Translations under genes and position numbers: made by a program
Origin: Auanema rhodensis
Taxonomy: Eukaryota; Animalia; Nematoda
Direction of reading: 5' to 3'
Length of the DNA stretch: 64,000 nt
Assembly: GCA_964057225.1 (NCBI GenBank)
Contig: OZ059896.1
Location: 5,208,001 to 5,272,000, forward strand
Notes under the pieces: model-generated
Databases searched by the model: none
What the model was told of the DNA's origin: nothing
The model's input: the letters and a program-made list of their open reading frames with translations, nothing else
Shown here: positions 52,871-64,000 of the stretch, piece by piece
Layout of the letters: each line of letters opens with the position of its first letter
Position numbering within the stretch: the stretch's first letter is position 1

Positions 52871-52873
52871 GAA

Positions 52874-55800
52874 CCTTCTTGATACTTCTTCTTTGCATTT
52901 AAAACTTGATTTTACCATGACTTGTTATAACTTTTTTTGAAACCTGTTCATATTTAAAATGTTTACTGATACTCTATAGTACGTTATATATCTCTTGATA
53001 ATTTTCTCATTCTTATTTGTATTTGTTGAAATTTCTTCATGTTTTCTTATTGAAAATCCTTCTTGTTACTTCTTCTTTGCTTTTAATACTTCCCCATGAA
53101 ATGATATTACCTTTTTTGAAACCTGTTCATATTTTAAATGTTTACTGATACTCTATAATATGTTATACATCTCTTGATAATTTTCTCATTCTTATTTGTA
53201 TTTGTTGAAATTTCTTCATGTTATCTTACTGAAAATGCTTCTTGATACTTTTTTTTGTTTTTAATACTTGATTTTACCTTGACTTGATATTACTTTCTTT
53301 CGTATCATGTTCATGGAATAAATAATAGTTTACTCTAGTATACTTTGTACATCTCTTGATAATTTTCTCATTCTTATTTGTATTTGTTGAAATTTCTTCA
53401 TGTTTTCTTATTGAAAATCCTTCTTGATACTTCTTCTTCGCTTTTAATACTTCCCCATGAAATGATATTACTTTTTTTGAAACCTGTTCATATTTTAAAT
53501 GTTTACTGATACTCTATTATACGTTATGCATCTCTTGATAATTTTTTCATTCTTCTTTGTATTTGTTAAAATTTCTTCATGTTTTCTTACTGAAAATCCT
53601 TCTTGATACTTCTTCTCTGCTTTTAATACTTCCCCATGAATTGATATTACTTTTTTTGAAACCTGTTCATATTTCAAATGTTTACTGATACTCTATAATA
53701 TGTTATGCATCTTTCGATAATTTTCTCATTCTTTTTTGTATTTGTTAAAATTTCTTCATGTTTTCTTACTGAAAATCCTTCTTGATACTTCTTCTTTGCT
53801 TTTAAAACTTGATTTTACCATGATTTGTTATAACTTTTTTTGAAACCTGTTCATATTTTAAATGTTTACTGATACTCTATAATACGTTATGCATCTCTTG
53901 ATAATTTTTTCATTCTTCTTTGTATTTGTTAAAAATTTCTTCATGTTTTCTTACTGAAAATCCTTCTTGATACTTCTTCTCTGCTTTTAATACTTCCCCA
54001 TGAATTGATATTACTTTTTTTGAAACCTGTTCATATTTCAAATGTTTACTGATACTCTATAATATGTTATGCATCTTTCGATAATTTTCTCATTCTTTTT
54101 TGTATTTGTTAAAATTTCTTCATGTTTTCTTACTGAAAATCCTTCTTGATACTTCTTCTTTTCTTTTAAAACTTGATTTTACCATGACTTGTTATAACTT
54201 TTTTTGAAACCTGTTCATATTTAAAATGTTTACTGATACTCTATAAAACGTTATATATCTCTTGATAATTTTCTCATTCTTATTTGTATTTGTTGAAATA
54301 TCTTCATGTTTTCTTATTGAAAATCCTTCTTGATACTTCTTCTTTGCTTTTAAAACTTGATTTTACCATGACTTGTTATAACTTTTTTTGAAACCTGTTT
54401 ATATTTAAAATGTTTACTGATACTCTATAGTACGTTATATATCTCTTGATAATTTTCTCATTCTTATTTGTATTTGTTGAAATTTCTTCATGTTTTCTTA
54501 TTGAAAATCCTTCTTGATACTTCTTCTTTGCTTTTAATACTTCCCCATGAAATGATATTACTTTTTTCGAAATCTGTTCATATTTTAAATGTTTACTGAT
54601 ACTCTATAATACGTTATGCATCTCTTGATAATTTTTTCATTCTTCTTTGTATTTGTTAAAATTTCTTCATGTTTTCTTACTGAAAATCCTTCTTGATACT
54701 TCTTCTTTGCTTTTAAAACTTGATTTTACCATGACTTGTTATAACTTTTTTTGAAACCTGTTCATATTTAAAATGTTTACTGATACTCTATAGTACGTTA
54801 TATATCTCTTGATAATTTTCTCATTCTTCTGTGTATTTGTTAAAATTTCTTCATGTTTTCCTACTGAAGATGCTTCTTGATACTTTTTTTTGTTTTCAAT
54901 ACTTGATTTTACCATGACTTGTTATAACTTTCTTTCGTATCATGTTCATGGAATAAATAATATTTTACTCTAGTATATTTTGTACATCTCTTGATAATTT
55001 TCTCATTCTTTTTTGTATTTGTTAAAATTTCTTCCTGTTTTCTTACTGAAAATGCTTCTTGATACTTTTTTTTTGTTTTTAATACTTGATTTTATCATGA
55101 CTTGATTTTACTTTTGTTGAAACCTGTTCATATTTTAAATGTTTACTGATACTCTAGTATACTTTGTACATCTTTCGATAATTTTGTCATTCTTTTTTGT
55201 ATTTGTTAAAATTTCTTCATGTTTTCTTACTGAAAATCCTTCTTGATACTTCTTCTTTGCTTTTAAAACTTGATTTTACCATGACTTGTTATAACTTTTT
55301 TTGAAACCTGTTCATATTTAAAATGTTTACTGATACTCTATAGTACGTTATATATCTCTTGATAATTTTCTCATTCTTATTTGTATTTGTTAAAATTTCT
55401 TCATGTTTTCTTACTGAAAATGCTTCTTGATACTTTTTTTTGTTTTTAAAACTTGATTTTATCATGACTTGATATTACTTTCTTTCGTATCTTGTTCATG
55501 TAGTAAATAATTATTTACTCTAGTATACTTTGTACATTTCTTGATAATTTTCTCATTCTTCTTTGTATTCTTAAAAATTTCTTCATGTTTTCTTACTGAA
55601 AATCCTTCTTGATACTTCTTCTTTGCTTTTAAAACTCGATTTTCCCATGAATTGATATTACTTTTTTTGAAACCTGTTCATATTTTAAATGTTTACTGAT
55701 ACTCTATTATACGTTATGCATCTCTTGATAATTTTTTCATTCTTCTTTGTATTTGTTAAAATTTCTTCATGTTTTCTTACTGAAAATCCTTCTTGATACT

Positions 55801-58800
55801 TCTTCTCTGCTTTTAATACTTCCCCATGAAATGATAGTACCTTTTTTGAAACCTGTTCATATTTTAAATGTTTACTGATACTCTATAATATGTTATACAT
55901 CTCTTGATAATTTTCTCATTCTTATTTGTATTTGTTGAAATTTCTTCATGTTATCTTACTGAAAATGCTTCTTGATACTTTTTTTTGTTTTTAATACTTG
56001 ATTTTACCTTGACTTGATATTACTTTCTTTCGTATCATGTTCATGGAATAAATAATAGTTTACTCTAGTATACTTTGTACATCTCTTGATAATTTTCTCA
56101 TTCTTATTTGTATTTGTTGAAATTTCTTCATGTTTTCTTATTGAAAATCCTTCTTGATACTTCTTCTTCGCTTTTAATACTTCCCCATGAAATGATATTA
56201 CTTTTTTTGAAACCTGTTCATATTTTAAATGTTTACTGATACTCTATTATACGTTATGCATCTCTTGATAATTTTTTCATTCTTCTTTGTATTTGTTAAA
56301 ATTTCTTCATGTTTTCTTACTGAAAATCCTTCTTGATACTTCTTTCTGCTTTTAATACTTCCCCATGAATTGATATTACTTTTTTTGAAACCTGTTCATA
56401 TTTCAAATGTTTACTGATACTCTATAATATGTTATGCATCTTTCGATAATTTTCTCATTCTTTTTTGTATTTGTTAAAATTTCTTCATGTTTTCTTACTG
56501 AAAATCCTTCTTGATACTTCTTCTTTTCTTTTAAAACTTGATTTTACCATGACTTGTTATAACTTTTTTTGAAACCTGTTCATATTTAAAATGTTTACTG
56601 ATACTCTATAGTACGTTATATATCTCTTGATAATTTTCTCATTCTTATTTGTATTTGTTGAAATATCTTCATGTTTTCTTATTGAAAATCCTTCTTGATA
56701 CTTCTTCTTTGCTTTCAAAACTTGATTTTACCATGATTTGTTATAACTTTTTTTGAAACCTGTTCATATTTTAAATGTTTACTGATACTCTATAATACGT
56801 TATGCATCTCTTGATAATTTTTTCATTCTTCTTTGTATTTGTTAAAAATTTCTTCATGTTTTCTTACTGAAAATCCTTCTTGATACTTCTTCTCTGCTTT
56901 TAATACTTCCCCATGAATTGATATTACTTTTTTTGAAACCTGTTCATATTTCAAATGTTTACTGATACTCTATAATATGTTATGCATCTTTCGATAATTT
57001 TCTCATTCTTTTTTGTATTTGTTAAAATTTCTTCATGTTTTCTTACTGAAAATCCTTCTTGATACTTCTTCTTTTCTTTTAAAACTTGATTTTACCATGA
57101 CTTGTTATAACTTTTTTTGAAACCTGTTCATATTTAAAATGTTTACTGATACTCTATAGTACGTTATATATCTCTTGATAATTTTCTCATTCTTATTTGT
57201 ATTTGTTGAAATATCTTCATGTTTTCTTATTGAAAATCCTTCTTGATACTTCTTCTTTGCTTTTAAAACTTGATTTTACCATGACTTGTTATAACTTTTT
57301 TTGAAACCTGTTTATATTTAAAATGTTTACTGATACTCTATAGTACGTTATATATCTCTTGATAATTTTCTCATTCTTATTTGTATTTGTTGAAATTTCT
57401 TCATGTTTTCTTATTGAAAATCCTTCTTGATACTTCTTCTTTGCTTTTAATACTTCCCCATGAAATGATATTACTTTTTTCGAAATCTGTTCGTATTTTA
57501 AATGTTTACTGATACTCTATAATACGTTATGCATCTCTTGATAATTTTTTCATTCTTCTTTGTATTTGTTAAAATTTCTTCATGTTTTCTTACTGAAAAT
57601 CCTTCTTGATACTTCTTCTCTGCTTTTAATACTTCCCCATGAATTGATATTACTTTTTTTGAAACCTGTTCATATTCCAAATGTTTACTGATACTCTATA
57701 ATATGTTATGCATCTTTCGATAATTTTCTCATTCTTTTTTGTATTTGTTAAAATTTCTTCATGTTTTCTTACTGAAAATCCTTCTTGATACTTCTTCTTT
57801 GCTTTTAAAACTTGATTTTACCATGACTTGTTATAACTTTTTTTGAAACCTGTTCATATTTAAAATGTTTACTGATACTCTATAGTACGTTATATATCTC
57901 TTGATAATTTTCTCATTCTTCTGTGTATTTGTTAAAATTTCTTCATGTTTTCCTACTGAAGATGCTTCTTGATACTTTTTTTTGTTTTTAATACTTGATT
58001 TTACCATGACTTGTTATAACTTTCTTTCGTATCATGTTCATGGAATAAATAATATTTTACTCTAGTATATTTTGTACATCTCTTGATAATTTTCTCATTC
58101 TTTTTTGTATTTGTTAAAATTTCTTCCTGTTTTCTTACTGAAAATGCTTCTTGATACTTTTTTTTTGTTTTTAATACTTGATTTTATCATGACTTGATTT
58201 TACTTTTGTTGAAACCTGTTCATATTTTAAATGTTTACTGATACTCTAGTATACTTTGTACATCTTTCGATAATTTTGTCATTCTTTTTTGTATTTGTTA
58301 AAATTTCTTCATGTTTTCTTACTGAAAATCCTTCTTGATACTTCTTCTTTGCTTTTAAAACTTGATTTTACCATGACTTGTTATAACTTTTTTTGAAACC
58401 TGTTCATATTTAAAATGTTTACTGATACTCTATAGTACGTTATATATCTCTTGATAATTTTCTCATTCTTATTTGTATTTGTTAAAATTTCTTCATGTTT
58501 TCTTACTGAAAATGCTTCTTGATACTTTTTTTTGTTTTTAAAACTTGATTTTATCATGACTTGATATTACTTTCTTTCGTATCTTGTTCATGTAGTAAAT
58601 AATTATTTACTCTAGTATACTTTGTACATTTCTTGATAATTTTCTCATTCTTCTTTGTATTCTTAAAAATTTCTTCATGTTCTCTTACTGAAAATCCTTC
58701 TTGATACTTCTTCTTTGCTTTTAAAACTCGATTTTCCCATGAATTGATATTACTTTTTTTGAAACCTGTTCATATTTTAAATGTTTACTGATACTCTATA

Positions 58801-61800
58801 ATACGTTATACATTTCTTGATAATTTTCTCATTCTTCTTTGTATTTGTTAAAATTTCTTCATGTTTTCTTATTGAAAATCCTTCTTGATACTTCTTCTTT
58901 GTTTTTAATACTTGATTTTATCATGACTTGATATTACTTTCTTTCGTATCTTGTTCATGTAGTAAATAATTATTTACTCTAGTATACTTTGTACATTTCT
59001 TGATAATTTTCTCATTCTTATTTGTATTTGTTAAAATTTCTTCATGTTTTCTTACTGAAAATGCTTCTTGATACTTTTTTTTTGTTTTTAATACTTGATT
59101 TTACCATGACTTGTTATAACTTTCTTTCGTATCCTGTTCATGGAATAAATAATAGTTTACTCTAGTATACTTTGTACATTTCTTGATAATTTTCTCATTC
59201 TTATTTGTATTTGTTGAAATTTCTTCATGTTTTCTTATTGAAAATCCTTCTTGATACTTCTTCTTCGCTTTTAATACTTCCCCATGAAATGATATTACTT
59301 TTTTTGAAACCTGTTCATATTTTAAATGTTTACTGATACTCTATTATACGTTATGCATCTCTTGATAATTTTTTCATTCTTCTTTGTATTTGTTAAAATT
59401 TCTTCATGTTTTCTTACTGAAAATCCTTCTTGATACTTCTTTCTGCTTTTAATACTTCCCCATGAATTGATATTACTTTTTTTGAAACCTGTTCATATTT
59501 CAAATGTTTACTGATACTCTATAATATGTTATGCATCTTTCGATAATTTTCTCATTCTTTTTTGTATTTGTTAAAATTTCTTCATGTTTTCTTACTGAAA
59601 ATCCTTCTTGATACTTCTTCTTTTCTTTTAAAACTTGATTTTACCATGATTTGTTATAACTTTTTTTGAAACCTGTTCATATTTAAAATGTTTACTGATA
59701 CTCTATAGTACGTTATATATCTCTTGATAATTTTCTCATTCTTATTTGTATTTGTTGAAATATCTTCATGTTTTCTTATTGAAAATCCTTCTTGATACTT
59801 CTTCTTTGCTTTCAAAACTTGATTTTACCATGATTTGTTATAACTTTTTTTGAAACCTGTTCATATTTTAAATGTTTACTGATACTCTATAATACGTTAT
59901 GCATCTCTTGATAATTTTTTCATTCTTCTTTGTATTTGTTAAAAATTTCTTCATGTTTTCTTACTGAAAATCCTTCTTGATACTTCTTCTCTGCTTTTAA
60001 TACTTCCCCATGAATTGATATTACTTTTTTTGAAACCTGTTCATATTTCAAATGTTTACTGATACTCTATAATATGTTATGCATCTTTCGATAATTTTCT
60101 CATTCTTTTTTGTATTTGTTAAAATTTCTTCATGTTTTCTTACTGAAAATCCTTCTTGATACTTCTTCTTTTCTTTTAAAACTTGATTTTACCATGACTT
60201 GTTATAACTTTTTTTGAAACCTGTTCATATTTAAAATGTTTACTGATACTCTATAGTACGTTATATATCTCTTGATAATTTTCTCATTCTTATTTGTATT
60301 TGTTGAAATATCTTCATGTTTTCTTATTGAAAATCCTTCTTGATACTTCTTCTTTGCTTTTAAAACTTGATTTTACCATGACTTGTTATAACTTTTTTTG
60401 AAACCTGTTTATATTTAAAATGTTTACTGATACTCTATAGTACGTTATATATCTCTTGATAATTTTCTCATTCTTATTTGTATTTGTTGAAATTTCTTCA
60501 TGTTTTCTTATTGAAAATCCTTCTTGATACTTCTTCTTTGCTTTTAATACTTCCCCATGAAATGATATTACTTTTTTCGAAATCTGTTCGTATTTTAAAT
60601 GTTTACTGATACTCTATAATACGTTATGCATCTCTTGATAATTTTTTCATTCTTCTTTGTATTTGTTAAAATTTCTTCATGTTTTCTTACTGAAAATCCT
60701 TCTTGATACTTCTTCTCTGCTTTTAATACTTCCCCATGAATTGATATTACTTTTTTTGAAACCTGTTCATATTCCAAATGTTTACTGATACTCTATAATA
60801 TGTTATGCATCTTTCGATAATTTTCTCATTCTTTTTTGTATTTGTTAAAATTTCTTCATGTTTTCTTACTGAAAATCCTTCTTGATACTTCTTCTTTGCT
60901 TTTAAAACTTGATTTTACCATGACTTGTTATAACTTTTTTTGAAACCTGTTCATATTTAAAATGTTTACTGATACTCTATAGTACGTTATATATCTCTTG
61001 ATAATTTTCTCATTCTTCTGTGTATTTGTTAAAATTTCTTCATGTTTTCCTACTGAAGATGCTTCTTGATACTTTTTTTTGTTTTTAATACTTGATTTTA
61101 CCATGACTTGTTATAACTTTCTTTCGTATCATGTTCATGGAATAAATAATATTTTACTCTAGTATATTTTGTACATCTCTTGATAATTTTCTCATTCTTT
61201 TTTGTATTTGTTAAAATTTCTTCCTGTTTTCTTACTGAAAATGCTTCTTGATACTTTTTTTTTGTTTTTAATACTTGATTTTATCATGACTTGATTTTAC
61301 TTTTGTTGAAACCTGTTCATATTTTAAATGTTTACTGATACTCTAGTATACTTTGTACATCTTTCGATAATTTTGTCATTCTTTTTTGTATTTGTTAAAA
61401 TTTCTTCATGTTTTCTTACTGAAAATCCTTCTTGATACTTCTTCTTTGCTTTTAAAACTTGATTTTACCATGACTTGTTATAACTTTTTTTGAAACCTGT
61501 TCATATTTAAAATGTTTACTGATACTCTATAGTACGTTATATATCTCTTGATAATTTTCTCATTCTTATTTGTATTTGTTAAAATTTCTTCATGTTTTCT
61601 TACTGAAAATGCTTCTTGATACTTTTTTTTGTTTTTAAAACTTGATTTTATCATGACTTGATATTACTTTCTTTCGTATCTTGTTCATGTAGTAAATAAT
61701 TATTTACTCTAGTATACTTTGTACATTTCTTGATAATTTTCTCATTCTTCTTTGTATTCTTAAAAATTTCTTCATGTTCTCTTACTGAAAATCCTTCTTG

Positions 61801-64000
61801 ATACTTCTTCTTTGCTTTTAAAACTCGATTTTCCCATGAATTGATATTACTTTTTTTGAAACCTGTTCATATTTTAAATGTTTACTGATACTCTATAATA
61901 CGTTATACATTTCTTGATAATTTTCTCATTCTTCTTTGTATTTGTTAAAATTTCTTCATGTTTTCTTATTGAAAATCCTTCTTGATACTTCTTCTTTGTT
62001 TTTAATACTTGATTTTATCATGACTTGATATTACTTTCTTTCGTATCTTGTTCATGTAGTAAATAATTATTTACTCTAGTATACTTTGTACATTTCTTGA
62101 TAATTTTCTCATTCTTATTTGTATTTGTTAAAATTTCTTCATGTTTTCTTACTGAAAATGCTTCTTGATACTTTTTTTTTGTTTTTAATACTTGATTTTA
62201 CCATGACTTGTTATAACTTTCTTTCGTATCCTGTTCATGGAATAAATAATAGTTTACTCTAGTATACTTTGTACATTTCTTGATAATTTTCTCATTCTTA
62301 TTTGTATTTGTTAAAATTTCTTCATGTTTTCTTACTGAAAATCCTTCTTGATACTTCTTCTTTGCTTTTAAAACTTGATTTTACCATGACTTGTTATAAC
62401 TTTTTTTGAAACCTGTTCATATTTAAAATGTTTACTGATACTCTATAGTACGTTATATATCTCTTGATAATTTTCTCATTCTTATTTGTATTTGTTAAAA
62501 TTTCTTCATGTTTTCTTACTGAAAATGCTTCTTGATACTTTTTTTTGTTTTTAATACTTGATTTTACCATGACTTGTTATAACTTTCTTTCGTATCCTGT
62601 TCATGGAATAAATAATAGTTTACTCTTGTATACTTTGTACATCTCCTGATAATTTTCTCATTCTTCTTTGTATTCTTGAAAATTTCTTCATGTTTTCTTA
62701 CTGAAAATCCTTCTTGATACTTCTTCTTTGCTTTTAAAACTCGATTTTCCCATGAATTGATATTACTTTTTTTGAAACCTGTTCATATTTTAAATGTTTA
62801 CTGATACTCTATAATACGTTATACATTTCTTGATAATTTTCTCATTCTTCTTTGTATTTGTTAAAATTTCTTCATGTTTTCTTATTGAAAATCCTTCTTG
62901 ATACTTCTTCTTTGCTTTTAATACTTCCCCATGAAATGATATTACTTTTTTTGAAACCTGTTCATATTTTAAATGTTTACTGATACTCTATAATATGTTA
63001 TGCATCTTTCGATAATTTTCTCATTCTTTTTTGTATTTGTTAAAATTTCTTCATGTTTTCTTACTGAAAATCCTTCTTGATACTTCTTCTTTGCTTTTAA
63101 AACTTGATTTTACCATGACTTGTTATAACTTTTTTTGAAACCTGTTCATATTTAAAATGTTTACTGATACTCTATAATACGTTATGCATCTCTTGATAAT
63201 TTTTTCATTCTTCTTTGTATTTGTTAAAATTTCTTCATGTTTTCTTACTGAAAATCCTTCTTGATACTTTTTTTTTGTTTTTAATACTTGATTTTATCAT
63301 GACTTGATATTACTTTTGTTGAAACCTGTTCATATTTTAAATGTTTACTGATACTCTAGTATAATTTGTACATCTTTCGATAATTTTCTCATTCTTCTTT
63401 GTATTTGTTAAATTTTCTTCATGTTTTCTTGCTGAAAATCCTTCTTGATACTTCTTCTTTGCTTTTAAAACTTGATTTTACCATGACTTGTTATAACTTT
63501 TTTTGAAACCTGTTCATATTTAAAATGTTTACTGATACTCTATAGTACGTTATATATCTCTTGATAATTTTCTCATTCTTCTTTGTATTTGTTAAAATTT
63601 CTTCATGTTTTCTTACTGAAAATCCTTCTTGATACTTCTTCTTTGCTTTTAAAACTTGATTTTACCATGACTTGTTATAACTTTTTTTGAAACCTGTTCA
63701 TATTTAAAATGTTTACTGATACTCTATAATACGTTATGCATCTCTTGATAATTTTTTCATTCTTCTTTGTATTTGTTAAAATTTCTTCATGTTTTCTTAC
63801 TGAAAATCCTTCTTGATACTTCTTCTTTGCTTTTAAAACTTGATTTTACCATGACTTGTTATAACTTTTTTTGAAACCTGTTCATATTCCAAATGTTTAC
63901 TGATACTCTATAATATGTTATGCATCTTTCGATAATTTTCTCATTCTTTTTTGTATTTGTTAAAATTTCTTCATGTTTTCTTACTGAAAATCCTTCTTGA
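52874..64000 (-). repeat. SatB main array (179-184-bp monomers, ~61 copies in window) with ~3.1-kb higher-order repeat; continues off the right edge
   Basis: ccttcttgatacttcttc recurs throughout. Diagnostic variants repeat at a 3097-bp offset (ttcttcgc 56169/59266; ctgtgt 57923/61020; identical ORFs 57498/60595). Confidence 0.97.

Noticed and set aside
47003-52873. All four inversion junctions have short loops (28-65 nt), suggesting a fold-back mechanism
   Set aside because: In a ~180-bp tandem repeat any inversion gives an apparent loop of at most ~90 nt, so this is expected by chance.
49394-60777. K/E/I-rich ORFs (MEYEQVSKKV... and others) in SatB
   Set aside because: Translations of purine-rich satellite monomers. 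The 179- and 184-bp monomer lengths are not multiples of 3, so frames break every unit, and several ORFs begin at non-ATG codons.
1-64000. Species assignment
   Set aside because: CR1, H4 and AT-richness indicate an animal, but neither satellite is recognisable to me; a database search is required.

Overview
AT-rich eukaryotic (most likely invertebrate animal) heterochromatin, plausibly centromeric or pericentromeric; the organism cannot be identified from this window. Left to right: (1) 1-2682, a 5'-truncated CR1-clade LINE on the minus strand with an uninterrupted 865-aa partial-endonuclease/RT ORF whose ATG is supplied by satellite sequence; (2) 2712-47002, about 252 near-identical copies of a 176-bp satellite (SatA) rich in palindromes and CACGT motifs, with nested higher-order duplications and spatially zoned variants; (3) 47003-52873, a scrambled boundary containing an inverted SatA piece, a ~463-bp direct duplication, a ~570-bp non-satellite island holding a histone H4 promoter-like region plus its first 11 codons, and repeated orientation flips of a second satellite; (4) 52874-64000, a 179-184-bp satellite (SatB) with a ~3.1-kb higher-order repeat. 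No intact host gene, RNA gene or CRISPR array is visible. All periods and variant positions were read by eye and should be confirmed computationally.
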